54,625 bases of DNA from Actinomycetota bacterium (GTDB lineage: Bacteria > Actinomycetota > CADDZG01 > WHSQ01), in NCBI GenBank assembly GCA_035646635.1, contig DASRPA010000283.1:1-54625 (forward strand), written 5' to 3'. The notes beneath the pieces are model-generated. The model did not search any database. It was not told the origin of the DNA and saw only the letters and a program-made list of their open reading frames with translations. A program made the translations under genes and the position numbers. How positions within the stretch are numbered: the first letter of the stretch is position 1; the number at the start of each line of letters is the position of its first letter. Positions 36,563 through 45,896 of this stretch are shown here, one piece after another.

Positions 36563-37579
36563 ATGGACGCTCACGAGCTACGATCCACCGCCTCCGCCCT
36601 CGTAGCGCCGGGCAAAGGCATCCTGGCCGCCGACGAGAGCACGCCCACCCTCACCAAGCGTCTGGAGAGCAACGGGATCCCGGCCACCGACGAGGCCAGG
36701 CGCTCCTACCGCAGCTTGCTCACGACTACGCCCGGTGCATCCGAGCAGATCAGCGGCGTGATCCTGTACGACGAGACCATCCGGCAGTCAACCATCGAGG
36801 GCACGCCGTTCCCCGAGCAGCTTCAGCGCGACGGCATCATCTGCGGCATCAAAGTGGATACTGGCGCCAAGGATCTCGCCGGCGCCTCCGGGGAAAAAGT
36901 GACCGAAGGGCTCGACGGGCTACGCGACCGTCTGCACGAATATAGAGAGCTGGGTGCGCGCTTTGCGAAGTGGCGCGCCGTGATTGCGATCGGCGACGGG
37001 CTCCCGAGCCCCTATTGCATCCGCGTCAATGCACATGCACTCGCTCGTTACGCGCTCCTGTGCCAGGAGGCCGGCATCGTCCCCGTCGTTGAGCCCGAGG
37101 TTCTCATGGACGGTGATCACACTATCGAGCGCTGCTATGAGGTCACTGCACAAACGCTCCATACCCTCTTCGACGAGCTGTTCTCCCAGCGGGCGATGCT
37201 CGACGGGATGTTGCTGAAGGCCAACATGGTGCTGCCGGGCAAGGACTGCTCCCAGCAGGTGAGCGCCGAGGAGGTCGCCCAAGAGACCGTCCGCTGCCTG
37301 AGAGACGTCGTTCCTGCCACGGTCCCAGGCATCGTGTTCCTTTCCGGAGGACAGAGCAGCCGTCACGCTACGGCCCACCTCAACGCCATGAACAACATGG
37401 GTCCTCATCCTTGGGAACTGAGTTTCTCGTTTGCGCGCGCGCTGCAGCAACCGGCACTTGACGCATGGAAGGGCGAGGAGTCGAACTTCGTCGCCGGACA
37501 AGACGCCTTCCACCAAAGGGTCAAGCTCACAAGCCTGGCGCGGGCGGGCAAGTACACGGCCGACATGGAACGTTCTTGA
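36563..37579 (+). CDS. fba: Fructose-bisphosphate aldolase, class I
   Basis: ATG at 36563 (GGAAGGGAG upstream). GKGILAADESTPTLTKRL..., the Schiff-base lysine region LLKANMVLPG, and FLSGGQS. Confidence 0.9.
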   Translation: MDAHELRSTASALVAPGKGILAADESTPTLTKRLESNGIPATDEARRSYRSLLTTTPGASEQISGVILYDETIRQSTIEGTPFPEQLQRDGIICGIKVDTGAKDLAGASGEKVTEGLDGLRDRLHEYRELGARFAKWRAVIAIGDGLPSPYCIRVNAHALARYALLCQEAGIVPVVEPEVLMDGDHTIERCYEVTAQTLHTLFDELFSQRAMLDGMLLKANMVLPGKDCSQQVSAEEVAQETVRCLRDVVPATVPGIVFLSGGQSSRHATAHLNAMNNMGPHPWELSFSFARALQQPALDAWKGEESNFVAGQDAFHQRVKLTSLARAGKYTADMERS

Positions 37580-38547
37580 GCCCGGACGCGGTCGAGAAAC
37601 GAGCGCCCGCTTCGGGGGGCGCACGGACGAAGCCGGTGATGCTCGGCATCGTCGGAGATAGCGCGGCCGGCAAGACCACATTGACGAGAGGGATCGTCAA
37701 CGTGTTCGGCGCGGAACGCGTCACTGCTGTGTGCGTCGATGACTACCATCGCTATGGCCGCGAGCAGCGCAAGGAGCTCACCATCACCCCGCTCAACCCC
37801 GAGTGCAATTACATCGGGATCATGGAGCAGCACATGAGGCTCTTGGCCGCGGGAGAGCCGATACTCAAGCCGGTATACGGCCACAGCCATGGGACGCTCG
37901 AGGCTCCGGAGCTCATCGAACCGCGCGACATAGTCGTAATCGAGGGCCTGCTTCCCTTTCACACCAAGGCACTGCGCCACTGCTTCGACGTCAAGGTCTA
38001 CTTGGACCCTCCCGAAGACCTGCGCCGTAGGTGGAAGATCACTCGCGACTGCACAAAGCGCAACTACGACGAGCAGCAGGTGCTGGCCGACCTAGACAAG
38101 CGGGAGCCAGACTCGGAGGCCTACATCCGGCCCCAGCGCGAGCACGCCGACATAGTGGTCCGCTTCCATCCACCCGGTCCTTCGCTCGATGTGGACGCTG
38201 CCACGCTGGACGTACGGGTCGTGTTGAGACCGGTCCTTCCGCATCCCTATCTCATGGAGCTGGCAGAAAAGACGCGTGTCCGTTCTTTTGAACCCATTCG
38301 GATCTCGCTGGCGCGCGACGGCGGCAAGCCCGCCGACGTCATGGAGGTTCAGGGCTCGATGCCGTCAGATGTTTCCGCCACCGTGGAGGAGATCATCTGG
38401 GAGGGCATGGGACTGGACGGTCATGACCTCCAGCGCGATGCGATCGGAAGCTTTCAGGACGGCGAGAAAATGCGCCGTTCCGAGTCGTTGGCCCTCACTC
38501 AGCTCTTGTTGGTAGCCCAAACGGCGAGCGCCAAGGACAACCACTAG
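37576..38547 (+). CDS. Phosphoribulokinase-family kinase (PRK/uridine kinase superfamily)
   Basis: P-loop GIVGDSAAGKTTLTRGI, CVDDYHRYGREQRKELTITPLNP, KPVYGHSHGTL..VIEGLLPF, WKITRD, PDSEAYIRPQ. These closely follow PRK motifs. Start is TTG 37576 (TTGA overlap with the fba stop), or GTG 37636, or ATG 37639. Confidence 0.75.
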   Translation: MSPDAVEKRAPASGGARTKPVMLGIVGDSAAGKTTLTRGIVNVFGAERVTAVCVDDYHRYGREQRKELTITPLNPECNYIGIMEQHMRLLAAGEPILKPVYGHSHGTLEAPELIEPRDIVVIEGLLPFHTKALRHCFDVKVYLDPPEDLRRRWKITRDCTKRNYDEQQVLADLDKREPDSEAYIRPQREHADIVVRFHPPGPSLDVDAATLDVRVVLRPVLPHPYLMELAEKTRVRSFEPIRISLARDGGKPADVMEVQGSMPSDVSATVEEIIWEGMGLDGHDLQRDAIGSFQDGEKMRRSESLALTQLLLVAQTASAKDNH

Positions 38548-39341
38548 TGGAAATCGCGACGCTTATCAATCGCTCGGTGGTGAGCCTCGAGCCTTCCCGC
38601 AGCCTACGGCTGGCGGCAGAGCGGATGGCAGAGCATGGGGTGGGTTCGATAGTAGTTGCGTCGGAAGGCGAGGCGCCCGGGATCTTTACGGAGCGCGATC
38701 TGTTGTTTGCGCTGGCCGGCGAGGCCGATCCAAACACGAGCGCCATCGAGTCCTACATGACCAAGAACGCCTTCACTCTCGCTCCTTCTGTGGACGCCGT
38801 GCAGGCTGCAACTCGCATGCACGGTGAAGGCTTCAGGCACCTGATCGTCATCAACGACGACCATACGGTTGCCGGAGTGCTGTCGGTCAGGGATCTGCTC
38901 GGCGCTGTGCTCGAGCAAATCAGCGAAAAGAACATCGGCGAAGACTCTAACGACGAAGACGCTGAGAAGGCGACACGCGTGAGACGGGTCGGAGACTGCA
39001 TGATCCCAGACGTAATCTCCGTGTCCCTCAAGACGAACTTGGACAAGGCTGCCCAGGCGATGATGGAGCGGCGGGTCGGCGCCGCAATTGTCATGGACCA
39101 CGATCGCGTTGCCGGCATCGTCACCGAAAGAGACCTGATGCGAGCCGTCGCCAACGGACTCGTACCATGGACGACGCCCGTGGGCGACTGCATGACCCGC
39201 AAGCCTCGCACCATCACTCCGTTTACCACCGCCGGTGCGGCTCTGTCCCTCATGATGGCCCACGGCTTCCGTCACCTTCCGGTGATGGAGGATGGAGAAC
39301 TCGTCGGCATCGTCAGCATGAGAGCCCTCGCTTCGGGGTGA
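38547..39341 (+). CDS. Protein of four tandem CBS domains
   Basis: 264 aa. Repeated ...HGVGSIVV.....GIFTERDL... and ...RRVGAAIVMDHDRVAGIVTERDLM...GFRHLPVM... modules. Confidence 0.85.
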   Translation: MEIATLINRSVVSLEPSRSLRLAAERMAEHGVGSIVVASEGEAPGIFTERDLLFALAGEADPNTSAIESYMTKNAFTLAPSVDAVQAATRMHGEGFRHLIVINDDHTVAGVLSVRDLLGAVLEQISEKNIGEDSNDEDAEKATRVRRVGDCMIPDVISVSLKTNLDKAAQAMMERRVGAAIVMDHDRVAGIVTERDLMRAVANGLVPWTTPVGDCMTRKPRTITPFTTAGAALSLMMAHGFRHLPVMEDGELVGIVSMRALASG

Positions 39342-39421
39342 CGCCCCCCTGTTGACGACCCTGCACGAGAGAATCTTCAAGTAGCCATCGGCCGGCCTGA
39401 CTTTCGCTCGCGGCGGTGGCA

Positions 39422-39486
39422 AATGTCCGCGGTTCGCTTCTACCCACAGATTCTTGTGTGCAAGTGTCCACGGTTCGCTTCTACCC
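39422..39486. repeat. Two direct copies of TGTCC(G/A)CGGTTCGCTTCTACCC spaced about 41 bp apart
   Basis: 39424-39445 and 39465-39486 are identical at 21 of 22 positions. They lie in the 300-bp region upstream of the GT-C-like membrane gene. Confidence 0.85.
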
Positions 39487-39644
39487 CCTGGGCCGGGCGC
39501 GACCTTGTACTTAAGTGCGGCCGCCTGCGGCGATCCGGCCGCAATGACAGACGGTCGCTCGACACTCGAGAACGGCGAGGTGCTTGCCAAATCACCATCG
39601 TAGGGTGCACCACTTGAACAAGTGAGAAGGACGAAAGGAGAGCC

Positions 39645-41657
39645 GTGGGAACAGCCAGCTTGATCCTCGCGGCTACAGCCGTCTTCGTCCCCGGTCTGCT
39701 TGCGAGCAGCGCGCTGTACCGCCCCGGCCGGATGAGTCTGCCCGGCAGATTGGCGCTCTCAGTGGCGTTGGGATACACGATCTCGAGCGTCCTCGCGTTC
39801 GCGCTTGCGCTCACCAACATCCTGGAGCCGACCCTCTTTATTGTTCTGTTGGGTGCAGTCTCCGTGGCCACAGGAATCGTCGCCGCTAAAGGCGGGGGGT
39901 TAAGGGCACATCTGTCGGCGATAGACCAAGAGGTGCGCGGGGAGCCGTGGACGCTCGTGGCCGGACTCCTGGTGGTTGTTCTAATCGCCGCCATCAAGCT
40001 GCCATTGTCTGGCCTTCAGAATCTCGGATCCACCACGCCTTTTCGATATTGGGCCGATGCGCTCGAAGTGGCGGACTCGGGACAGATCCCCGAGCAGTCG
40101 CTGCAGTGGGGCCGCATATACGCGCCGACCATCAACAAAGTGCTGTTGAACTCTTTCGGAGCAGGCATGAGCTTTGTGATGCCGGATGCTCCCTTTCCGG
40201 CCATGGATGCTCTGACTTGGCTGGCAGCCATTGGGGTAAGCGCCTCCTTCTGGTGGTTCGCGCGGGAGCTTGGGATGCGGTTGACCGCTCCTTTACTTCC
40301 CCTGGTGACCTTGATGAACACCATTTTCAGATCGGAGATGACCAACGATCTCAATTACTTTCGAGCCGAGTCGTTCGGGCGCCTGATTGCGTTCAGCGCC
40401 CTTGCGGTTGCCCTTCGGGCCGCGCGCGCTGGAGAGGGCAGACGGGACATCGTGCTCGCAGGTGTGTTGTTCGGCGTGTCCGCGGGCACCCATCTGGTGC
40501 CGACGGCCGTCGCGCTCGGAATCCTTCTCTGGTATGGGCTGTTCCTGGTCGCTCAAGCTCGAAGTGTGAATGGATTCATAAGACGAGTGGTACCAGTCGT
40601 TTGTCTGGCCGGAATAATCGGACTGCTGGTTCCATGGCTGGCTCGGGGGGATCTTGCATTTCAGGCCGCCGCCGGCAGCAATCAATACACAGGCGTCGGT
40701 GGCTACGACCCCACGGCCCTCTTCACCACGGGAGAACAGAGGCGGTTCGCGCCCAGCTCCCGCGCCTTTTACGAACCGGCAGACGACTTGTTGAGGAAGC
40801 ACGTTGAGGACGCAATCGGCCTAGGCCTAGAGAACCCTTATCTCTATCTGCTGGGGGGATTGCTTGCCGCGATCTTGCTGGCGGTGACCGTCCCTTTGTC
40901 GCTCAAGCCAGTTCCGCTAGTTGCCATGGGGCTTGCCGCAAATCTCATCCTCGTCACACTTGCCTTCTCCTACCTCTACGATGCGTTCGTTCCGGCTAAC
41001 TTCGGCGCGCGCCGGCTAGCAGACTATGCCGCTCTGCCGGTGATCCTGTTATTGCTGTCTGCGATTGAAGCCGCACTCATGCTGTGCAGCAGGGTGGACG
41101 TCCGTGCGCCGATGGCGGCGGGCGCCGGTATCACGGCCGTAGTCGCCCTGCTGCTCCTTACGGCCATGCTGCCGCTCCCCGGACCTCGGCCATGGCAACT
41201 GCGAAACATCGAGTATCTAAACGAGATCCGCAGCTCCCTTCCCTGCGACGCGCGCATCCTCTCCAACCGGCGCACCGGAGGCACCATCCAGGTTCTTACG
41301 GGGAGAACCGGCATCCTCGAGGGAATGGGCCCTCACTTGCGCCCGCAGATCCTGCGGGAGACGGTAGAACTGCTTCTGGATGCCAACCGCTTCTACCAGC
41401 GCCCCACCCCCAACGTCGATTTTCTCGAGCGGCGAAAAGCCGACTATGTCCTGCTCGTCCATCGCCGCTTTGACCCGACCCTGAGAACCGTTGAGGCCAA
41501 CTTTCGGATCTTCGACGACCTGGCTTTTCTCGAACTCGTGACACAAACGCCAGACGCTGATCTGTATCGCGTGCTCGGCCTCGACAAAGACGCAGATGCC
41601 CCTCGCCCGGATGACTTCCCCGGCTTTCGATGCGGTCGAGCTCCACTCGTTTATTGA
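39645..41657 (+). CDS. Large polytopic membrane protein (GT-C-like putative glycosyltransferase; family not identified)
   Basis: 670 aa, GTG after GAAAGGAGAG. At least 12 hydrophobic helices by eye. Shares a loop motif (TTPFRYWADAL...SGQIPEQS) with the 48454..50271 protein (DTPWHLGWTEQLL.GQAIPTGP). Confidence 0.6.
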   Translation: MGTASLILAATAVFVPGLLASSALYRPGRMSLPGRLALSVALGYTISSVLAFALALTNILEPTLFIVLLGAVSVATGIVAAKGGGLRAHLSAIDQEVRGEPWTLVAGLLVVVLIAAIKLPLSGLQNLGSTTPFRYWADALEVADSGQIPEQSLQWGRIYAPTINKVLLNSFGAGMSFVMPDAPFPAMDALTWLAAIGVSASFWWFARELGMRLTAPLLPLVTLMNTIFRSEMTNDLNYFRAESFGRLIAFSALAVALRAARAGEGRRDIVLAGVLFGVSAGTHLVPTAVALGILLWYGLFLVAQARSVNGFIRRVVPVVCLAGIIGLLVPWLARGDLAFQAAAGSNQYTGVGGYDPTALFTTGEQRRFAPSSRAFYEPADDLLRKHVEDAIGLGLENPYLYLLGGLLAAILLAVTVPLSLKPVPLVAMGLAANLILVTLAFSYLYDAFVPANFGARRLADYAALPVILLLLSAIEAALMLCSRVDVRAPMAAGAGITAVVALLLLTAMLPLPGPRPWQLRNIEYLNEIRSSLPCDARILSNRRTGGTIQVLTGRTGILEGMGPHLRPQILRETVELLLDANRFYQRPTPNVDFLERRKADYVLLVHRRFDPTLRTVEANFRIFDDLAFLELVTQTPDADLYRVLGLDKDADAPRPDDFPGFRCGRAPLVY

Positions 41658-43137
41658 TGCCGAATCATGGTGGGAAACTCTTCCGGTGAATCAAGCCACA
41701 GTCAACACTCGAGCGATCAACCGGAGCCGGCCGCTTGCGAAGGGAGCCGCGCTGCTGCGAGAAAACGTCCTCTTCACGACGCTGTTCGCCGTGGGGGCGC
41801 TTCTGCGCATCGTCGTCTTCTTCACCTATCAGCCTGCTCTGCTTCTTCAGAGGGACACGATCGCGTTCCTGAGACAGGCGCTCAAGGGATCTGCCTCGGG
41901 CTTGCGGCCCTCTCTCTATCCCACCTTACTCAAACCGGTTTTGGCGCTGAACAACCTTGCCCTCGTCCCGTTCATCCAGCACGCGTTGGGGCTCGGCATC
42001 GCCCTGCTCCTCTACATCTTGCTGAGACGGCTCGGAGCGAGCCCGACCTTCGGCGCTCTCGGTGCCGCTCCGATGCTGCTCGACGGCTATCAGCTCATCA
42101 TCGAGCAATACGTGCTCACGGAGACGTTATTTGTCGCGCTGGTCGTCTCGGCCGTCGCCGTTCTGCTGTGGCGAGCCCAACCGCACCCTGCGGCTCTCGC
42201 CGGAGTCGGCGCCCTAGTGGCGCTCTCTGGGCTGACTCGCTTCGTAGGGCTCGCGCTAATCGGACCGGTCTTGCTCTTCGCCGTTATTCGGCGCTTCGGA
42301 TGGCTGAGAGTCTTTTGTCTCACGCTCGGCTTCGTCCTCCCGGTGGTCACCTACGGAACCTGGTTCCGGGTGGCAGAGGGCAGCTGGGGATTGACAAACC
42401 GCAACGGCTTCATCCTGTACGGGCGGGTGGCGAGCTTTGCGAGCTGCGAGGGCGTCGAGGTTCCACCGTCTCAGAGAGGCCTCTGCATCGAGCACGCCTT
42501 GGGGCAAGGGTTCGCCAATAGAGGTTTCTGGGCCCTGGACGTGCCTCAAGAGTTGATCGACTTGCCCGACGCGAACCACGTCTTTTTGAGCTTCTCCCGC
42601 CGCATGATCCTCGCAAAGCCGCTCCAGTACGCAAACGTGGTCGGCCACGACTTCCTGCGTTTCTTCGCCGCCCGCTCCCCGTCCAGCCAGGAACCCTACG
42701 TCGCCCGCTGGCGCTTTCCTCGGAAACTGGAAGACGCCGACCCCCACCCGGTGGTGAGGGCACTGGGGGGCTCCGCACCTCCCCGGCTGGAGCTAGCCGA
42801 GTTCCGCATCGCACCGGGCCCCGCAGCCGCCCTGCGCCTCTACCAAGGCGTGATCTACACCTACGGCCCTCTGCTGGGCGCTCTGCTCATCGCCGGGCTA
42901 GCAGGCTCATGGGCTTTCGGCCGAAGGTGGCGGGATGATCACCAGGGAGTCGCGTGCCTCCTTCTCAGCCTGCTCGGCGTGGTCGTGCTGCTAGCGCCCG
43001 TAGTGACGACCGTCTATCACTACCGCTACGTCCTTCCTGCGCTGCCGCTGCTGGGCGCCGCCGGAGCCCTCGGAGCCACCCGGCTCACAAAAAGGCGCCG
43101 CCAGGCGCCGAGTCTGCGATTCCCGCTGCTGTTGTGA
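41596..43137 (+). CDS. Polytopic membrane glycosyltransferase-like protein (GT-C fold, PMT/ArnT-like)
   Basis: 513 aa with multiple TM helices and a large C-terminal soluble region. Start uncertain: GTG at 41686 avoids the 62-nt overlap with the upstream gene. Confidence 0.55.
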   Translation: MPLARMTSPAFDAVELHSFIDAESWWETLPVNQATVNTRAINRSRPLAKGAALLRENVLFTTLFAVGALLRIVVFFTYQPALLLQRDTIAFLRQALKGSASGLRPSLYPTLLKPVLALNNLALVPFIQHALGLGIALLLYILLRRLGASPTFGALGAAPMLLDGYQLIIEQYVLTETLFVALVVSAVAVLLWRAQPHPAALAGVGALVALSGLTRFVGLALIGPVLLFAVIRRFGWLRVFCLTLGFVLPVVTYGTWFRVAEGSWGLTNRNGFILYGRVASFASCEGVEVPPSQRGLCIEHALGQGFANRGFWALDVPQELIDLPDANHVFLSFSRRMILAKPLQYANVVGHDFLRFFAARSPSSQEPYVARWRFPRKLEDADPHPVVRALGGSAPPRLELAEFRIAPGPAAALRLYQGVIYTYGPLLGALLIAGLAGSWAFGRRWRDDHQGVACLLLSLLGVVVLLAPVVTTVYHYRYVLPALPLLGAAGALGATRLTKRRRQAPSLRFPLLL

Positions 43138-43167
43138 CCCGCCCGTAGCGAGTGGGACACTGAGACC

Positions 43168-44331
43168 ATGGCCCTGAGGATCTTCGGCGCCGTCGTCGCC
43201 CTGCTGCTGGCCGTCTTTGCGATAATCCGCTATCGCAAGGGCCAGCTCCGACGCGGCGAGCTCGTGGCCGCCCTCTTCGTGGTCCTGGGACTCACCATCG
43301 CGGCGCTGGCACCGAGAATCTTCGACTCCTTTCTTACCCCCCTTGGGTTCAAGCCCGGCCAAGAACGGGCGCGAATCATCGGTCTTCTCGTGCTCTCGAA
43401 CCTGTTCACATTGGCACTCGTGTTCCGAGGGTTCTCGCGCGAAGACCAGCTTTCCGACGAGATCGGGGACCTGGTCGATTACATGGCTCTGCGGCGGCTG
43501 GAGGAGGAGGGAGTGGCTCCGGCCGACGGCGCCTGCGTGGTCGTTCTGCCGGCGTTCAACGAAGCCGATAACCTCCCGACCGTTGTGGGCGAGATCCCGA
43601 CCATTGTCGGCGGCCTGCCGGTGGTGCCGATCGTGGTCGCCGACGGCTGCACCGATGAGACGGAGGCAACCGCACGGGCACTGGGGGCAGCAGTGATCAG
43701 GCGGGACCTGCGACGAGGGTCGGGGGCCGCGGTGCGGCTCGGATACCAGGCGGCGCTGCGGACCGGGGCCCGGATCGTGGTGACGATCGACGCCGACGGC
43801 CAGCACGATCCTTCAGAGATGGAACGGCTCGTGACCCCTCTGCTCGAGGGGGAGGCCGACATGGTCCAGGGCTCGAGGACGCTGGGAAGCTTCGAGGTCG
43901 AATCGAGCGTAAGAAAGCACGGCGTGATGCTCTATTCCAAGCTCCTCACCGCCCTCTCGCGCACCTCGGTCTCGGACCCCTCGAACGGCTATCGAGCGGT
44001 CACCGCCGAAGCCCTCCAGCGGCTCGACCTACGCCAGGACCAGTTCTATGTGTCCGAGATGATCCTCGAGGCAGCCCGCCGGGGCCTGAGGGTCTCGGAG
44101 GTCCCGATCACGTTGCGACGGCGCGCCTCTGGACTCACGAAAAAGCCGACCACGATGCGCTACGCGTGGGGCTTCACCAAGGCGATCGCCCGCACCTGGC
44201 TTCGTCAGCCCCCGGGCAAGAGGGTCTCGCACAGCTCTCCGCGCTGGGTGTCGAACTCGGCGGGGCTCGCGCTCAAGGTGGAGGCCGACGACCCCGGACC
44301 GGAGACCCGTTCATCCTCCGGCCCCTCCTGA
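43168..44331 (+). CDS. GT2-family glycosyltransferase (polyprenyl-phosphate sugar synthase-like) with N-terminal TM helices
   Basis: VVVLPAFNEADNL...VVADGCTDET...VTIDADGQHDP (DxD). It resembles dolichyl/undecaprenyl-phosphate glycosyltransferases. Confidence 0.8.
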   Translation: MALRIFGAVVALLLAVFAIIRYRKGQLRRGELVAALFVVLGLTIAALAPRIFDSFLTPLGFKPGQERARIIGLLVLSNLFTLALVFRGFSREDQLSDEIGDLVDYMALRRLEEEGVAPADGACVVVLPAFNEADNLPTVVGEIPTIVGGLPVVPIVVADGCTDETEATARALGAAVIRRDLRRGSGAAVRLGYQAALRTGARIVVTIDADGQHDPSEMERLVTPLLEGEADMVQGSRTLGSFEVESSVRKHGVMLYSKLLTALSRTSVSDPSNGYRAVTAEALQRLDLRQDQFYVSEMILEAARRGLRVSEVPITLRRRASGLTKKPTTMRYAWGFTKAIARTWLRQPPGKRVSHSSPRWVSNSAGLALKVEADDPGPETRSSSGPS

Positions 44332-44347
44332 GCCAGCCCGGGCCGGG

Positions 44348-44428
44348 ACCCGCCCCGGATTCGGCTCTTAGCCAGATAAGGGGCGGATTCCGCCCGATTT
44401 CTGGCACAAAGCTAGATTTGGGGCGGGG
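44348..44428. repeat. Inverted single copy of the 89-nt palindromic unit seen at 30027-30217
   Basis: acccgccccggattcggctcttagccagataaggggcggattccgcccgatttctggcacaaagctagatttggggcgggg aligns along its length to the reverse complement of the 30-kb unit. Confidence 0.8.
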
Positions 44429-44506
44429 GGGACCTACGCGCAAACTTCAGCGTGGCCACTTCCGTCAAATGGGTATATCCCGTCCACCTGACGAAAGGAG
44501 TTGCGG

Positions 44507-44719
44507 ATGAGAACGAAACTGAGCAGCTGGGTCCTGGCTGCGGCCTTGGCGCTGCCGGGCGGCGCTCTGGTGGCGTGCGGAGAGGCCAAGGAGGCCGTCA
44601 ACGACGCCGGCAACAAGGTCGAGAAGGAGGCCGGCGAGGCCGGCGAGAAGATAAAGAAGGAGGCCAACAAGGCCAAGGACAAGGCCACCGACTCGGACGG
44701 AGGCAACGAGGGCTACTGA
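44507..44719 (+). CDS. Small Lys/Glu-rich lipoprotein
   Basis: AAAGGAG lies 7 nt before ATG at 44507. MRTKLSSWVLAAALALPGGALVAC/GEAKEAVNDAGNKVEKEAGEAGEKIKKEANKAKDK, with lipobox LVAC. Confidence 0.7.
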   Translation: MRTKLSSWVLAAALALPGGALVACGEAKEAVNDAGNKVEKEAGEAGEKIKKEANKAKDKATDSDGGNEGY

Positions 44720-44729
44720 CGCTTTCTCG

Positions 44730-44833
44730 GTTTTGAGCGCCTCTCGGTGCGGTTTTCCGCACTCTGGCGCCCCTAAAAAACGTTTTGAGCGTCTGTGCGT
44801 GCCGTTTTGGGCACTCTGGGGCCCACAAAACCG
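44730..44833. repeat. Two tandem 52-bp units, each with a GTGC(G/C)G-tttt-C(C/G)GCAC-type hairpin, between convergent genes
   Basis: gttttgagcgcctctcggtgcggttttccgcactctggcgcccctaaaaaac followed by gttttgagcgtctgtgcgtgccgttttgggcactctggggcccacaaaacc. Confidence 0.8.
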
Positions 44834-44837
44834 ACGG

Positions 44838-45860
44838 CTAGGTGGTCAGGTAGTAGTCCTCGTCGACATCGTCCCACTCCAGATCGATCACGCCCTTGGC
44901 TGCGGCGGCCTTCACGAACTGCAAAAAGCCCCCATAACCGAATTCCTTCTCGGAGAACGTCGGCTGACGCCTGCGAAGCTCGTTCTTGAGCCCTGACAGC
45001 ATGGGGGATCCGTTCTTCTGCTCAAGCTCCTGGACCACCTCCCGCAACAGCTCGAATGCGTGCGCCTGGCCCCCGCCGTTGGACGGAAAATCGACGGTGG
45101 GGTCACCCTCGGCCGAGCCGCTGCGTAGCTCGACGACACTCGAGTCTTGGAGGTGGGTCATGAGCTCCCCCCACGTCCGGAAGCCGTAGTCGCCCTCCGA
45201 GAAGGTGGGGTCTTTTCTCTTGATCGCCCGCTTGATACTCGAGGACAACACGGGAGCATTCGAGCTGCGCTGCAGGCCTCCGAGAGTGCTGGTCACGAGT
45301 CGCGAGATCTCGGATAGCTCTGACCCCTGCGCCTCCTCGGGCTCGTCGGGCTTGCGGCGCTTGCGAGGAGCAGACCGTACGGTGCCGGGGCCCAACAGGC
45401 GCTCGTAGAAGAGGAACTCGTCGCACGCGCCCGGGAGCAGCTCGGAGGTTGAGCCCTCGACTCCCACCCCGATCACGCGCTTGTTGAGCTCTCGGAGCTT
45501 GAGCACCAAGGGCGTGAAGTCGGAATCTCCCGAGCCGACCACGAAGGTGGTCACGAAATCCCGTTGGAAGGCGACCTCCAGTGCGTCCACCGCAAGCTTG
45601 ATGTCGGCGGCGTTCTTTCGCACCATGCCCGCGCGCTGAGGAATCTCGATCATCTCGATCCGTTGCGAGAGAAGGCCCTGCCTGTAGTCGGAGAAGAGAT
45701 TCCAGTCGGCATAGGCCCGCCTTGCCACCACCCGGCCCCGTTCGGTGAGGGCGTCCATGATGACCGCCATGTCGAGCTTCTCCCCCCGGTCCCGTGCGCC
45801 CAAAGCAAGGTTCTCGAAGTCGAGAAACAGTGCTATGCGCTCTTCGTCGTCTGCCATCAA
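44838..45860 (-). CDS. NYN-domain (LabA/DUF88-like) putative RNase fused to OST-HTH/LOTUS RNA-binding repeats
   Basis: IALFLDFENLA...RAYADW...KNAADIKLAVDA...VVGSGDSDFTPLVLKLRE (NYN). Two C-terminal repeats have the pattern ...LSxLKxxLxxxxPxFSExxYGFxxxxxxL. Confidence 0.8.
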   Translation of the reverse strand: MMADDEERIALFLDFENLALGARDRGEKLDMAVIMDALTERGRVVARRAYADWNLFSDYRQGLLSQRIEMIEIPQRAGMVRKNAADIKLAVDALEVAFQRDFVTTFVVGSGDSDFTPLVLKLRELNKRVIGVGVEGSTSELLPGACDEFLFYERLLGPGTVRSAPRKRRKPDEPEEAQGSELSEISRLVTSTLGGLQRSSNAPVLSSSIKRAIKRKDPTFSEGDYGFRTWGELMTHLQDSSVVELRSGSAEGDPTVDFPSNGGGQAHAFELLREVVQELEQKNGSPMLSGLKNELRRRQPTFSEKEFGYGGFLQFVKAAAAKGVIDLEWDDVDEDYYLTT

Positions 45861-45896
45861 CGCGCCTTCATCTCGGCTGCACCTCTTCGCTCTCTG

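Noticed and set aside
36563-38547. Calvin-Benson cycle operon
   Set aside because: Only aldolase and a PRK-like gene are present. No RuBisCO, transketolase, FBPase or GAPDH genes lie in the window, so the claim would be unsupported.
39429-39486. tRNA fragment suggested by GGTTCGCTTCTACC (T-arm-like)
   Set aside because: No acceptor or anticodon stems can be drawn around either copy, and the T-loop consensus GGTTCGAATCC is not met.
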